A DNA stretch of 52,603 nt from Acidobacteriota bacterium (GCA_036507075.1 DASXQR010000208.1:1-52603); one strand, 5' to 3'; positions 27,213-37,501 are shown, numbered from the stretch's first letter. Translations and numbers: made by a program. Notes: a model not told the origin generated them from the sequence alone.

Positions 27213-28577
27213 ATGAGACCGCTTCTTTTCCCGGCAGCCGCCCTGGCGCTGGCCCTTCTACCCCTGCTCGGGCGGAATGCGGCGCGGACCACTGAAATCG
27301 TCGTCGAGCCGATAGGATTTCAGGAACAGGGAATCAAAATCCGCCCCGTTCCGGAAGCAAGCACTTCGCTGGCCGTGGTCAAGTATTCGCCAAGAGCCGA
27401 GTCCGGTCCGGAGACCGGCACGGCGCTGCAAACTTTCAATGAGGTTCTGTGGGCCGATTTGAAATTTTCAGCCCTGTTCCAGCTTCCCAGTCCTGGGTTT
27501 TTCTCCCCAGAGGCGATTCGCCGGCCGGAGGACATCAAATTTGAAGACTTTTCAAAGCCGGAGGCGCAGGCGGAATTTGTCACCTTCGGCAATCTGCTGG
27601 CATCAGGAGATGAAATCGTCCTGGAGACTTATCTTTATGACGTGAAGACCAGACAGGAGATTTCCGCTCAGAGGTTCCGCCTGCGCTCGGCTCAGATCCG
27701 GGAGGCGGCGCACCGCGTGGCCGATGCCATCGCCGAAAAGCTTTCTGCAGGCCAAACGCGCGGCGTGGCTCGCACCAGAATCGCATTTGAAGTCCGGCGC
27801 GGCCGCGGCAAAGAGATTGCCGTAGCCGATTATGACGGCTACAACATGCAGTTGCTGACAATGAACGGGTCTGTCAATGTCAGTCCTTCATGGTCTCCGG
27901 ACGGTCGGCGCATCGTTTTTGCCTCGTTTGTGTCCGGTTTGCCCGCCATTTATGCACACGAAATCGCTTCCGGCGCGCGCGCCGTTGTTTCCGCTTCCGG
28001 CAGCTTCAATCACATGCCGGTGTTTTCGCCGGACGGGAGTCGCATCGCTTTTTCTTCGCGCAGCGATCGCGGAGACACGGATATCTTCGTTGCAGCCAGC
28101 GACGGAACCGGCAGGCGCAATCTCACGCACTCCCCCGGCGCGGACTTTTCTCCCACCTGGAGCCCGACCGGCCGTCAAATTGCCTTCGTGTCGGACCGTG
28201 CCGGAAATCCCCAGATTTATCTGATGGATGCCGATGGTTCCAATGTTCGCAGGGTGGTGAGCGAAGGTGGACACGCGGTGTCTCCGAACTGGTCTCCGGA
28301 TGGCCGCTTCATCGTATATGCGTGGCAACCCCCCAAGCGATTCAGCTACGATTTGTACCTGCTCAATGCGGCCAGCGGCCAAATCTTCCAGCTTACCTCG
28401 ACGGGGGCTTTCAATGAGAACCCGAGTTGGTCTCCCGACAGCAGGCACATCACATTTGAATCCTCGCGCTCCGGGGGAACGCAAGTGTTTATCATGAATG
28501 CGGATGGTCAAAATCTTCGCCAGATCACGCGCGAAGGAGTGAACGCCAACCCGGCATGGTCAGGTTATTTACAATGA
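27213..28577 (+). CDS. tolB: TolB beta-propeller protein
   Basis: TRIAF...DYDG and repeated PD40 motifs (PSWSPDG..I.F.S). Confidence 0.92.
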   Translation: MRPLLFPAAALALALLPLLGRNAARTTEIVVEPIGFQEQGIKIRPVPEASTSLAVVKYSPRAESGPETGTALQTFNEVLWADLKFSALFQLPSPGFFSPEAIRRPEDIKFEDFSKPEAQAEFVTFGNLLASGDEIVLETYLYDVKTRQEISAQRFRLRSAQIREAAHRVADAIAEKLSAGQTRGVARTRIAFEVRRGRGKEIAVADYDGYNMQLLTMNGSVNVSPSWSPDGRRIVFASFVSGLPAIYAHEIASGARAVVSASGSFNHMPVFSPDGSRIAFSSRSDRGDTDIFVAASDGTGRRNLTHSPGADFSPTWSPTGRQIAFVSDRAGNPQIYLMDADGSNVRRVVSEGGHAVSPNWSPDGRFIVYAWQPPKRFSYDLYLLNAASGQIFQLTSTGAFNENPSWSPDSRHITFESSRSGGTQVFIMNADGQNLRQITREGVNANPAWSGYLQ

Positions 28578-28617
28578 CGATATCAGTTCGTTAAGATGCC
28601 GGACGAAAATTGAATTT

Positions 28618-28687
28618 CTTTTGTGCCCTTTGTGTCTTTGTGGTGAAAAAATACGATCCACCACAAAGACACAAAGAACACGAAGGG
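28618..28687. repeat. Back-to-back 8/9-mer arms inside the tol-pal operon
   Basis: CTTTGTGTCTTTGTGGTG-n-CACCACAAAGACACAAAG. Confidence 0.85.
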
Positions 28688-28702
28688 ATTCGGAGGAGAC
28701 TA

Positions 28703-29497
28703 ATGTTGAATGTCGCGGGTCGTTCCTGGTTGGTTGCTGTTTTGATGTTTACTCTGCTGGCAGGGCTGTCCGGCTGCGGCGCCAAGAAAACGACGCGTGT
28801 TCCTCCCGCATCGCCCGGCAGCGGCCGTTCGGAAACGCCGGCCGCGGTTATCCCGGGCCCCACGCGCCAGCCCACCGTTCAGATCAAAGCCGACCCGTCC
28901 ACGCTCCGCCCGGGAGAGAATTTTACTTTGACGTGGAGCTCCACGGATGCCGAGCGGCTGACCATCGATCAGGGAGTGGGTACGGTGTCGGATTCCGGCT
29001 CACTCAGGTTGAGGGCCGGCCAGTCGGCGACATATACAGCCACGGCTGCCAACCGGCTTGGCTCGGCTTCCGCAAGTACCCGCGTTACCGTCACCGAACC
29101 TGTCGAACCGGTTGTCAAGCCCGCCCCCTCGCCTGACATCGGCATTGAAGAAATCATCAGCCGGGGCCTGATCAAGGACGTCTTTTTCGATTACGACCAG
29201 CACACGCTCAGCTCCGAGGCGCAGCAGATTCTGCAGAGGGATGCCGAGTATCTGCGCAAAAACTCGAGCGCCTCCTTTATTCTGGAGGGGCACTGCGACG
29301 AGCGGGGCACGTCGGAATATAACCTGGCATTGGGCGATCGCCGGGCCCAGGCAGTCAAAGAGTACCTGGTATCTCTCGGGATCAGCGCTTCGCGTCTGGA
29401 GACAGTCTCCTATGGCGAGGAGCGGCCGTTTGCCTCTGGACATGACGAAGCTTCCTGGGCGCAAAACCGGAGAGTGCATTTCACCCTAAGGAGATGA
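28703..29497 (+). CDS. pal: Peptidoglycan-associated lipoprotein with an extra Ig-like domain
   Basis: GGAGG RBS, lipobox LSGC, OmpA_C motifs FFDYD, EGHCDERGT.EYNLALG.RRA, SYGEERP, QNRR. Confidence 0.93.
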   Translation: MLNVAGRSWLVAVLMFTLLAGLSGCGAKKTTRVPPASPGSGRSETPAAVIPGPTRQPTVQIKADPSTLRPGENFTLTWSSTDAERLTIDQGVGTVSDSGSLRLRAGQSATYTATAANRLGSASASTRVTVTEPVEPVVKPAPSPDIGIEEIISRGLIKDVFFDYDQHTLSSEAQQILQRDAEYLRKNSSASFILEGHCDERGTSEYNLALGDRRAQAVKEYLVSLGISASRLETVSYGEERPFASGHDEASWAQNRRVHFTLRR

Positions 29498-29501
29498 CAA
29501 G

Positions 29502-30347
29502 ATGTATCGTTTTTGGACCTTCCTTTTTGCGCTTGGGTTGTGCACCGCTCTCGCCACGGCGGGAACCAAAGAGGAGTTGATTCGCCTGCAGAGTGATGTG
29601 CTGCAGCTCACCAATCAGTTGCAGCAACTGCAGAAGAGTACTACGGAAAATGATGCCGTCCTGAGAACGCTGCTCGAGCAGTTGAGCGACCGTGTAGCTT
29701 CGCTGAAGTCCTCGCTTGACACTTTGAACCAAAACCTGAGCCAGAATCTGACGCAAATACTTCAGACCAGCCGGGCGGACAATAAAGGCATGGCCGAGCA
29801 GTTGTCGCAGGCCGTGCAGAGCCTGTCGCTTAAGCTTGACGATACCAACAGCCGAATAGGAACGCTCTCGCAGAAATTCGAAGAAAACAAGCAGCGGACG
29901 GAAAAACTCACCAGCCCGATGCAGGCGGGCCCCAACGTTCCTCCCGACCAGTTGTACAACGCGGCCTACAACGATTACCTGCTGGGCAACTATGATCTGG
30001 CAATTCAGGCTTTCCGGGATTACCTGCAGCGATTCAACGCTTCCGAATTGGCCGATGACGCCCTTTATTACATCGGAGTGTCGTTTTTCGATCAAAAGAA
30101 GTACGAGCAGGCCATCCAGTCATTTGATCAACTGATCCAGCTCTATCCCAGGGGCAACAAAACGCCCACGGCGTATTTCAAAAAGGGAATGGCATTCCTG
30201 GCAATAGAGAAAACCGGAGACGCGATTACGCAGCTTCAGTATGTTTATGCCAATTTTCCCGGCACCCCGGAGGCCAATCTGGCCGAGCAGGAACTGAGAC
30301 GGATGGGAGTAGAACCGGCTGCCCGTCCGACGGCACGCAAAAAATAG
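29502..30347 (+). CDS. cpoB: Tol-Pal-associated TPR protein CpoB/YbgF
   Basis: Signal peptide, coiled coil and C-terminal TPRs; directly after pal. Confidence 0.88.
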   Translation: MYRFWTFLFALGLCTALATAGTKEELIRLQSDVLQLTNQLQQLQKSTTENDAVLRTLLEQLSDRVASLKSSLDTLNQNLSQNLTQILQTSRADNKGMAEQLSQAVQSLSLKLDDTNSRIGTLSQKFEENKQRTEKLTSPMQAGPNVPPDQLYNAAYNDYLLGNYDLAIQAFRDYLQRFNASELADDALYYIGVSFFDQKKYEQAIQSFDQLIQLYPRGNKTPTAYFKKGMAFLAIEKTGDAITQLQYVYANFPGTPEANLAEQELRRMGVEPAARPTARKK

Positions 30348-30400
30348 TTTCGCAGATTTCAAAACTGGCCAGTTATGTGTGTCAGGAGGAGGTTAAAAAT

Positions 30401-30835
30401 ATGTCTTCGGTCAACAAAGTAATTCTAGTGGGAAGGCTGGGGAGAGACCCTGAGGTGCGCTATACGCCGTCGGGAGCACCGGTTGCCAACTTTTCTGTGG
30501 CCACCGACGAGGTCTGGAAGGACAAAAGCGGTGAGCGGCAGCAGCGGACCGAGTGGCACAACATCGTCGTCTGGAACAAGCTGGCGGAGATCTGCGGCCA
30601 GTACCTGACGAAGGGAAAGCTGGTTTACCTGGAAGGACGCATCCAGACTCGCGAGTATGACGATCGTGACGGCAACAAGCGAAGAATTACCGAAGTTATC
30701 GTCAGCGATATGGTGATGCTCGGCAGCAAGGCGGAGGGAGGAGGGACTCCCAAGGAGAGCCCTCGCCAGCCCGTACAAAGCGTGGCGGAGACGACAGCCG
30801 ACGTCGGCATCACCGACGACGATATTCCGTTTTGA
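30401..30835 (+). CDS. ssb: Single-stranded DNA-binding protein
   Basis: [16 protein letters not shown]...TEWH...DDDIPF; AGGAGG RBS. Confidence 0.97.
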   Translation: MSSVNKVILVGRLGRDPEVRYTPSGAPVANFSVATDEVWKDKSGERQQRTEWHNIVVWNKLAEICGQYLTKGKLVYLEGRIQTREYDDRDGNKRRITEVIVSDMVMLGSKAEGGGTPKESPRQPVQSVAETTADVGITDDDIPF

Positions 30836-30866
30836 TACTGAGTTTTTCGCAGCCGGTCACAGTTTT

Positions 30867-30990
30867 TTGCCACGAAGACACGAAGGGCTAACGGTCCTGT
30901 TTGACGCGACACTCTGCCCGACCCAGATCAGTGAGAAGTGTCCGTCTGGAGCTAAATCGAATTCTGCGGGCCTTCGTGGCTTCGTGGCAA
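30867..30990. repeat. Inverted 8-mer-array element
   Basis: TTGCCACGAAGACACGAAGG ... CCTTCGTGGCTTCGTGGCAA; the right arm overlaps the permease 3' end. Confidence 0.88.
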
Positions 30991-32301
30991 CTTTCCCGCG
31001 GATCGGCCGGCAAGGTACAGGACAACTCCCGCACCCGCCGCCGTTAATCCCAGAACAAGCTGCTGCTGTTGCATGCTGGCGATCAGCCAGATCGAGCAGG
31101 CGGTCGCCGCGATCGGCAGGACCCAACCGCCGGGAAGTTTCAGAGGCTCAATTCCGGACTCGGAAGGTCGCCGCCTCAGGAAGGGCAAAGCGGCGCACAC
31201 ACCCACATAGCTGACCAACCGCGCCACGGCGGCCAACCTTCCCATCTGGGCGAAATTCCCGGCGTAAGCAAAAGCCAGCGCACAAGCGGCGGTAAACAGA
31301 ATGGAAACATGAGGCGTGCGAAAATTGTGATGCACTTTACCGAAGACCTTCGGGATGTCTCCTTCTGCGGCGAACGCATACAGCATTCGCGGACCGGCCA
31401 GCATCAGACCACCGCACGTTCCGGTAATTGAGAGCAGCGCAGCCAGCGTAATGCCTCCTCCGCCTGCCCTCCCCAATAGCCTTTCGGCGGCCGAAGCAAT
31501 GGGAGTGCGGGAATTCTCGATCCCGGGAAAGATCCCGTAGGCAACAAGCTGGATCAACACATAAAAAACCGTAACAAAGCAGATGGTAAATAACAACGCT
31601 GCAGGCAGCGTGCGCTGCGGGTCTTTGATTTCTTCGGCCGGAATGGCCACGATTTCCCAGCCGGTCAAAGCAAAAACCAGCAGCAGCGTAGCTTCCCCCA
31701 GAGCGTCTCCGCTTCTCAGCGTGGTTCCCTGGTAACGCTGCCAATCGACAAAAAATAACCCGACAACTATGAAAAGCGACAGCGGCAGGATCTTTGAAAC
31801 AGTCAAGGCATTCACCACTGTTTTTCCATATCGCACACCCACAACATTCATCACCGTTACGAAGGCTATGAGAATCACAATGGCAATCATCTTTTGCGAC
31901 CCGCCCGCAGGGGGCCAGAAGTAGCCCAGATAAGTGGAAAACCCATTGCTGAGCGCTGCCAGTCCGGTGATGCGCGCCAGCCATGTCATCCATCCAACCT
32001 GAAACCCGACGAATCTGCCGAATACGGGGCGCGTATAAACATAAGGCCCGCCCGTTAGCTGGATCCTGCTGGCCGCTTCGGCAAAGCAAAGCACGATCAG
32101 AGCAATGGCCCCGCCGGCGATCAGATATGCCCAGATTCCAGCCGGGCCAAGCAGCCTTGATACGTCGGCGGGTATCAGGAAGATGCCGGCTCCCACTACT
32201 CCGTTGACTCCCGCCGCGGTCAGGTCCAGCGTCCCCATGGCACGAACGAGCTTTGGCCGAGCTTCAGTAATAGAAAACCCCCTGCTGCGAAGATTTGCCA
32301 C
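30952..32301 (-). CDS. APC-family amino acid permease
   Basis: G..VGAGIF..P, FAE......GG.YVY, GWE......EE..DP.R..P; about 12 TM. Start uncertain (GTG 32301 lies within a repeat arm). Confidence 0.92.
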   Translation of the reverse strand: MANLRSRGFSITEARPKLVRAMGTLDLTAAGVNGVVGAGIFLIPADVSRLLGPAGIWAYLIAGGAIALIVLCFAEAASRIQLTGGPYVYTRPVFGRFVGFQVGWMTWLARITGLAALSNGFSTYLGYFWPPAGGSQKMIAIVILIAFVTVMNVVGVRYGKTVVNALTVSKILPLSLFIVVGLFFVDWQRYQGTTLRSGDALGEATLLLVFALTGWEIVAIPAEEIKDPQRTLPAALLFTICFVTVFYVLIQLVAYGIFPGIENSRTPIASAAERLLGRAGGGGITLAALLSITGTCGGLMLAGPRMLYAFAAEGDIPKVFGKVHHNFRTPHVSILFTAACALAFAYAGNFAQMGRLAAVARLVSYVGVCAALPFLRRRPSESGIEPLKLPGGWVLPIAATACSIWLIASMQQQQLVLGLTAAGAGVVLYLAGRSAGKLPRSHEGPQNSI

Positions 32302-32420
32302 GAAGTCACGAAGAGCGCCAATTCACCTTCAGGCAAATCTTGTGCTCAGTCTCCGTAGGTTCCCATACTGCCACTTCTAAGGAAATCGCTAGACTTCGTA
32401 CCTTCGTGTCTTCGTGGCAA
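32295..32420. repeat. Inverted 8-mer-array element
   Basis: Arms 32295-32313 and 32394-32420; partial box TGCCACTTCT ending at 32378. Confidence 0.88.
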
Positions 32421-32456
32421 AAAATGTGTGGGTCTCCAGCAAAAAACCTTTGGCTG

Positions 32457-33194
32457 CTAGAACCGATAGCCGGCCTGGCGCACCGTCATCCGGAAATCTT
32501 CGCCTTCAAGTTTTATCACCTTGCACATTTCGTAAAGGCGGCTTCGCAGGCGCTGTCCTACGCGGTCGGTAAGCGTTTCTTCACGCCGCATTTGAGGATC
32601 TTCAGAACGGGTTTCTGGGGACCTATCCGGGAAATTGGAAGTGAAAATCGTAACACGTTTGTCGTTGTATCGGGAATTGATGATGTGGGTCATCGTGTCC
32701 TGCACCCACGCGGTGGGTTTGTTTGCGCCCAGCTCGTCCAGCACCAGTAATTCGGCTTCCAGCACGGGACGCAGGATCTCAAGCTCTGAGGCTTGTGAAA
32801 CGGGATCCCAGGAATGCTGAATGTCGCGCAGCAGATCGCGAAAGTCGTAAAAGAGTCCTTTCACTCCCTGTTCTATCAATTCCTTGAGCACTGCCACTGC
32901 CAGGTGGGTCTTCCCTACCCCGCAGGAGCCGATGAACAGAACTCCACCTTCGCGCTGGGGATGAAAGTCAGCGACGAATTTCTGGCAAATCAGTTTGGCG
33001 ACTTCCTGCGAAGGGTGCTTCGGATAATAATCCTCCAGCGTGCAATGCTCGTAGCGGGCGGGAATCCGGGCGGCCTTGACGCGGGCCAGTTTGCCCCTTT
33101 CAACAGCGCAGTCGCAGCGGCGCACAGAATTGCCGGATTCATCGAGCCGCCACCCGGTGTCGTTGCAGGCAGGACAACTGTCGAGTTCAGGCAT
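32457..33194 (-). CDS. DnaC/IstB-like AAA+ ATPase with N-terminal Cys cluster
   Basis: CPAC..TGW...RCDC, IPARY, Walker A GSCGVGKTHLA, Walker B LLVLDELG, SRLYEM. Confidence 0.88.
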   Translation of the reverse strand: MPELDSCPACNDTGWRLDESGNSVRRCDCAVERGKLARVKAARIPARYEHCTLEDYYPKHPSQEVAKLICQKFVADFHPQREGGVLFIGSCGVGKTHLAVAVLKELIEQGVKGLFYDFRDLLRDIQHSWDPVSQASELEILRPVLEAELLVLDELGANKPTAWVQDTMTHIINSRYNDKRVTIFTSNFPDRSPETRSEDPQMRREETLTDRVGQRLRSRLYEMCKVIKLEGEDFRMTVRQAGYRF

Positions 33195-33210
33195 TTAACT
33201 CACCGCTTTT

Positions 33211-33343
33211 TTGCCACGAAGCCACGAAGTCACGAAGGGAATGATTAAGCCCGAAGTGACACTTCTCATTCAATCTCTGTGCTCCTGCCAGAGTGTCACT
33301 TCTAATCGAATTGTCAAACTTCGTGCCTTCGTGGCTTCGTGGC
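33211..33343. repeat. Inverted 8-mer-array element with two internal palindromic boxes
   Basis: Three units per arm; boxes CGAAGTGACACTTCT (33252-33266) and CAGAGTGTCACTTCT (33289-33303). Confidence 0.9.
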
Positions 33344-33355
33344 ATTTTCACGGCA

Positions 33356-34516
33356 TCAAAATCTCAGAATTCCCCGGCGGCTCTGCTTCTCGGCGAGGGT
33401 CAAGGTCATCTTTCGCCGCTGGCCTTCGCGGTAGGTGGTGGCCGTGACTTTGTCTCCCGGATTTCGATCTTTGAACAGCTCGTCAATATCCTGCACAGAG
33501 TTCACCTCGTGGCCGTCGATCTCGGTGATGATGTCCCCTCCAACCAGCAGCACCAGGTTTCCGATCCTGACCCGGCGGTCGCCGCCTTTCAGCCCGGAAA
33601 TATCAGCCGTCGAGTTCGGCTCTATGGAAACGATCATTACCCCGCGATCGGTGGGAAGGCGGAGCAACTCAGCCAGATCCGGAAATACGGGCTGGCCGCG
33701 GATGCCGATGACCGGGCGTACTACTCTTCCATGGCTCACCAGTTGGGGCACCAGTCGGTTCAGAGTCTTTACTCCGACGGCAAAGCCGATTCCTATGTTT
33801 CCGCCGCCGCGCAGGCTGAAGATCGTGGTGTTGATGCCGATCATCTCTCCGGCGGTATTGAGCAACGGACCGCCGCTGTTGCCCGGGTTGATTGCAGCGT
33901 CGGTCTGAATCAAATCGTTCATCAACACCCCGTTTTCGGTGCGGATCGAGCGGTTCACAGCGCTGACGATCCCGGTAGTGAGAGTTTGTTCAAGTCCAAA
34001 AGGGTTTCCGATTGCCAGCACCTTTTGTCCCACGCGGGTTTCCCCGGAAGCGCTGAAGGGAATCGGGTGCAGTTTGGCTTTCGGGGCGCTGATCTGAAGG
34101 ATAGCCACGTCGGCCACCGGATCCGTTCCAATCACACGCGCAGAATATTTAGACTTGTCATTGAGTGTGACTTCCAGCTTGTCGGCTCCTTCGATCACAT
34201 GATTGTTGGTGAGAATGCGGCCCTGCAGATCGATCACAGAACCGGACCCGATGCCCTGCCTCGGCACCGGCTCAAAAAAGAAATCGTACTCAATCGTGGT
34301 GCTGGTTACGTTGACAACGCCGGGGCTGGCGCGTTCATATATCTCAACGTTATTGCGCTCGTCTTCATTGAAGGTGAGCGGCCGGTTCGTCTTGGTCTGA
34401 GGCTCGAAATTGCCTTTTGAGACGGGGGGTGAAGTCCAGCGCAAGGCAAAAAACAGAATGGCAGAGGATATCAGCCCTGAAAAAAAAACCAGCTTAACGA
34501 AAAGAGAGGGTTTCAT
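33356..34516 (-). CDS. HtrA/DegP-family serine protease with one PDZ domain
   Basis: GSGSVI, TNNHVI, D.A, IQTDAAINPGNSGGPL, C-terminal PDZ. Confidence 0.95.
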   Translation of the reverse strand: MKPSLFVKLVFFSGLISSAILFFALRWTSPPVSKGNFEPQTKTNRPLTFNEDERNNVEIYERASPGVVNVTSTTIEYDFFFEPVPRQGIGSGSVIDLQGRILTNNHVIEGADKLEVTLNDKSKYSARVIGTDPVADVAILQISAPKAKLHPIPFSASGETRVGQKVLAIGNPFGLEQTLTTGIVSAVNRSIRTENGVLMNDLIQTDAAINPGNSGGPLLNTAGEMIGINTTIFSLRGGGNIGIGFAVGVKTLNRLVPQLVSHGRVVRPVIGIRGQPVFPDLAELLRLPTDRGVMIVSIEPNSTADISGLKGGDRRVRIGNLVLLVGGDIITEIDGHEVNSVQDIDELFKDRNPGDKVTATTYREGQRRKMTLTLAEKQSRRGILRF

Positions 34517-35340
34517 CTGGATGTAGGCGCCGGAACCTGCCGCTGTAACTGCTGAATCTTAGAGTAATTCTTGAACCATTTGTGGCCCATCTCTTCCAAT
34601 TTACCCTGCGCCTTCAACTCCCGGATCGTATCATTGACCAGTTGCAGCAGTTTTGGCTCATCTTTTCGCAGCACCACGCCGTAGCGCTCGTTTGTCAAGG
34701 GCCTCCCGATGACGAGCAGGTTGGTGAAACTTTCTTCCAGGCTGTTTACCAGAATGGGAAAGTCGCCGATGACCGCATCCACTTCATGTTCGGCAAGCTT
34801 GAGAAGCGCGTCGTCCAGACTGGCGTAGGTGACAAGCTGCGAATCCTTCAGGCGGGGCTCCTTGCGGGCGAAAATATGTCCGGTGGTTTGCCCCTGAACG
34901 CCGATTTTCCTGCCTTTTAAACTGTTCAACCCGGTGATCTGTTTTTCATCTTCCTTGCGGATAGCAATGATCTGGCCGGATTGAAAATAAGCATCCGAAA
35001 ACGCAAACCGTTTCTTGCGCTCCTCTGTAATGGTAATGACGGAAACAATCAGGTCCGCTTTTCTCTGCTCCAGAATATCAAACAGTTCGTTGAACTCTTT
35101 TTTCACCCAACGAATGGGGACGTTGATTTTCTGGGAAATGGCCTCGGCCAGGTCGGCGTCCAGTCCGATGATTTTAATCCCGGCACTGAATCCAAAGGGG
35201 ACATTAACAGGCTGAATGGCGACGTAAAGATGCCGGGCCTGGCGGATCCTGTCCAAATCGTCTTCCGCTTCTTTCCTGGCACAACCCGCCACGCCGGCCG
35301 CAAAAAGAGCCGCACCCAGCAGACAATCCCTTCGTTTCAA
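34513..35340 (-). CDS. Polar amino acid ABC substrate-binding lipoprotein (family 3)
   Basis: Lipobox VAGC, G.D.DLA, ITEERKK...FSD.YF, IGVQ..TT. Start taken as TTG 35340. Confidence 0.88.
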   Translation of the reverse strand: MKRRDCLLGAALFAAGVAGCARKEAEDDLDRIRQARHLYVAIQPVNVPFGFSAGIKIIGLDADLAEAISQKINVPIRWVKKEFNELFDILEQRKADLIVSVITITEERKKRFAFSDAYFQSGQIIAIRKEDEKQITGLNSLKGRKIGVQGQTTGHIFARKEPRLKDSQLVTYASLDDALLKLAEHEVDAVIGDFPILVNSLEESFTNLLVIGRPLTNERYGVVLRKDEPKLLQLVNDTIRELKAQGKLEEMGHKWFKNYSKIQQLQRQVPAPTSR

Positions 35341-35419
35341 GCATCCCCCAAGGGTCTTATCAAAAGATGAAAGATAAATTATTGTTTGGGTCGAGACGTA
35401 AATCAACCGAAGGTTTTGT

Positions 35420-36166
35420 TCAGGTTCCTTCGAAACGGTTCAGCAGATCCTTCAGACGGCGCCGGCTGACTTCCAGGCGGATTCCATTTTTCAGCAGTAC
35501 TTCCGCGTGCCCGCCCGGTAAAGGAAGCACCTCGTGGATGGTGTTGAGATTGACAATGGTTGAACGCGAAATGCGACAAAACGTTGCCGCATCCAACCGG
35601 CCCTCCAGGTCCGTCAAGGTCGGCTCCATCCAGTAATGCTGGTCCTGGGTGCACAACTTGGTCAGTCCTTCTTCCGAAGCGAAGTAAACCACTTCGTCTT
35701 GCGGCACTACGCGGAATTTGGATCCGCGCTTGGCCAGGAAACGTTTTGTTCCCCCTCGAGAAGGCTGCGTGGCGTTGTCCAGCATGCGCTCTGTATCTGA
35801 CGACGACTCCTGCCGCACACGTTCAAGCGCCTGTGCCAATCTTGCTCTACTGACGGGTTTGAGAAGATAGTCAATCGCGTACAGCTCAAAAGCGTCAATG
35901 GCATACTGGTCATACGCGGTGCAGAAAATAATTTTGGGGCGGGGCGCGGGCAGCGACGCCACTACCTCCATACCGCTGCAACCGGGCATTTGAATATCAA
36001 GAAACAACAGATCGGGCTGAAACTCGACCGTCTTTTCAATGGCCTGTTCACCGTCCTCAGCTTCCGAAACGATTTCCACATCTTCGAAGAACCGCAAAAG
36101 CTGGCGCAGGCGCTCGCGGGCGGGTTGCTCGTCGTCGACCAGCAGCGCGCGTATTTTGTGGCTCAT
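35420..36166 (-). CDS. LytTR-family response regulator
   Basis: REC (VDDE, FLDIQMP, TAY, DYLLKP) plus LytTR domain (F.RISRS.IVNL, VSRR). Confidence 0.96.
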   Translation of the reverse strand: MSHKIRALLVDDEQPARERLRQLLRFFEDVEIVSEAEDGEQAIEKTVEFQPDLLFLDIQMPGCSGMEVVASLPAPRPKIIFCTAYDQYAIDAFELYAIDYLLKPVSRARLAQALERVRQESSSDTERMLDNATQPSRGGTKRFLAKRGSKFRVVPQDEVVYFASEEGLTKLCTQDQHYWMEPTLTDLEGRLDAATFCRISRSTIVNLNTIHEVLPLPGGHAEVLLKNGIRLEVSRRRLKDLLNRFEGT

Positions 36167-36167
36167 C

Positions 36168-37316
36168 TCACCTGATTTCCGCCATTACCAGCGTGATATC
36201 GTCGTGCTGCGGCGCGCCTTCGGTAAATTGCGACACGGCCCCCAGGAGCTGCGCTGAAAGCTCGTCGAGCGGAAGACTGCGGTTGCGAGATATTTCGTCC
36301 ACCAGCCTCGCTTCGCCGAATTCCTCGTCCCGGGGATTCATGGCCTCACAGATTCCATCTGTGGCCATCAGCAACAGATCTCCCGGCTTCAGTTCCATAC
36401 GGATTTCCTGGTAGCCTGCATCTTTGAACATTCCCAAAGCCGTTCCGCCCGCCTCGAGACGCATGGGGATTTGATCCGGTTGAGATTCCCGATCGGAGAT
36501 TCCCCTGCCCTGCGCGCCTGCGGCCCTGAAAAGCAGTGGTGGAACGTGCCCGGCATTCACCGCCGTCAGGATCCGCGTAACATCATCATAGTAAGCGCAA
36601 AAGAGCGCGGCATATTTGTTGCTGTCCGTCGAGGCGCACATCTGCTGGTTGATGGCGGACACCAGGTCGGCGATCGAATGCCGAAATTGCGGGGCCTGGC
36701 TGCGAAGCACTCCCTGAAGATTAGCCATCAGCAAAGCGCCGGGAACACTCTTTCCTGCGGCATCAGCGATGGCAAAACAGAACAGTTCCTCTGCGATTTT
36801 GAAGAAATCATAATAGTCGCCGCCCACTTCCCCGGCAGATTTGCACCGGGCTGAAACTTTCAGGGTGCGCGCCGTGGGAAAATCCTGTGGGAAAAGCCCG
36901 GCCTGGACCTGGCGCGCGGTTTCAAGGTCGGACTTCAGCCGGTGCAGCACGTCGTCGGGATACTGCAGGGCACGAATGCGCTCCATCGACTTGGCCAGTC
37001 GAGGCCGGCTTACCGGCTTGAGCAGATAGTCAACCGCGTGCTGTTCGAAAGCCTCGATCGCATAACGGTCATAGGCGGTGCAAAAAATGATCCGGGGCCG
37101 AGGAGCGGGAAGTGAGGTCACAACATCCATCCCGTTACGCCCCGGCATTTCGACGTCCATAAAGACAAGATCCGGCCGAGCCGACGCGATCTTTTCCACC
37201 GCCTCACTTCCGTCTTGCGCTTCCCCTACGATTTGAATGTCGTCAAAGGCTCCAAGCAGGCTTCGCAAGCGCTCCCGCGCCAGCTCTTCATCATCCACCA
37301 GCACCACTTTGATCAT
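36168..37316 (-). CDS. Response regulator with PP2C/SpoIIE phosphatase output domain
   Basis: REC from MIKVVLVDDE; phosphatase motifs VGGDYYD, IADAAGK, NAGH.PP, TDGI.EA, DDIT. Confidence 0.92.
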   Translation of the reverse strand: MIKVVLVDDEELARERLRSLLGAFDDIQIVGEAQDGSEAVEKIASARPDLVFMDVEMPGRNGMDVVTSLPAPRPRIIFCTAYDRYAIEAFEQHAVDYLLKPVSRPRLAKSMERIRALQYPDDVLHRLKSDLETARQVQAGLFPQDFPTARTLKVSARCKSAGEVGGDYYDFFKIAEELFCFAIADAAGKSVPGALLMANLQGVLRSQAPQFRHSIADLVSAINQQMCASTDSNKYAALFCAYYDDVTRILTAVNAGHVPPLLFRAAGAQGRGISDRESQPDQIPMRLEAGGTALGMFKDAGYQEIRMELKPGDLLLMATDGICEAMNPRDEEFGEARLVDEISRNRSLPLDELSAQLLGAVSQFTEGAPQHDDITLVMAEIR

Positions 37317-37347
37317 GGAATTGCCTGCTGAGAAAGATTCAAAAGCG

Positions 37348-37497
37348 GAACCGCCAAGAACGAACACCAAGGCGACAAAGGATCTAATGAGATTTACCGC
37401 TCGCAAACATTAAGAAACACGCGAGAAGTACAACATCGAGCCTACTGGCACCTAACTAATATCAATTCCTTGGTGTTCTTTGCGTTCTTGGCGGTTC
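37348..37497. repeat. Inverted 9-mer-array element between kinase and regulator genes
   Basis: GAACCGCCAAGAACG ... CGTTCTTGGCGGTTC. Confidence 0.85.
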
Positions 37498-37501
37498 AGT
37501 T

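Noticed and set aside
32457..33194. IS21 element (istB)
   Set aside because: No istA DDE transposase and no IS21-type ends are adjacent.
30867..33343. Classical integron attC array
   Set aside because: No RYYYAAC/GTTRRRY boxes were recognised at the element ends, there is no integrase, and the cargo looks housekeeping.
37317..37406. Apparent signal peptide on the REC-PP2C protein
   Set aside because: The hydrophobic stretch is mostly the translated 9-mer repeat arm; the likely start is MIKVV at 37316.
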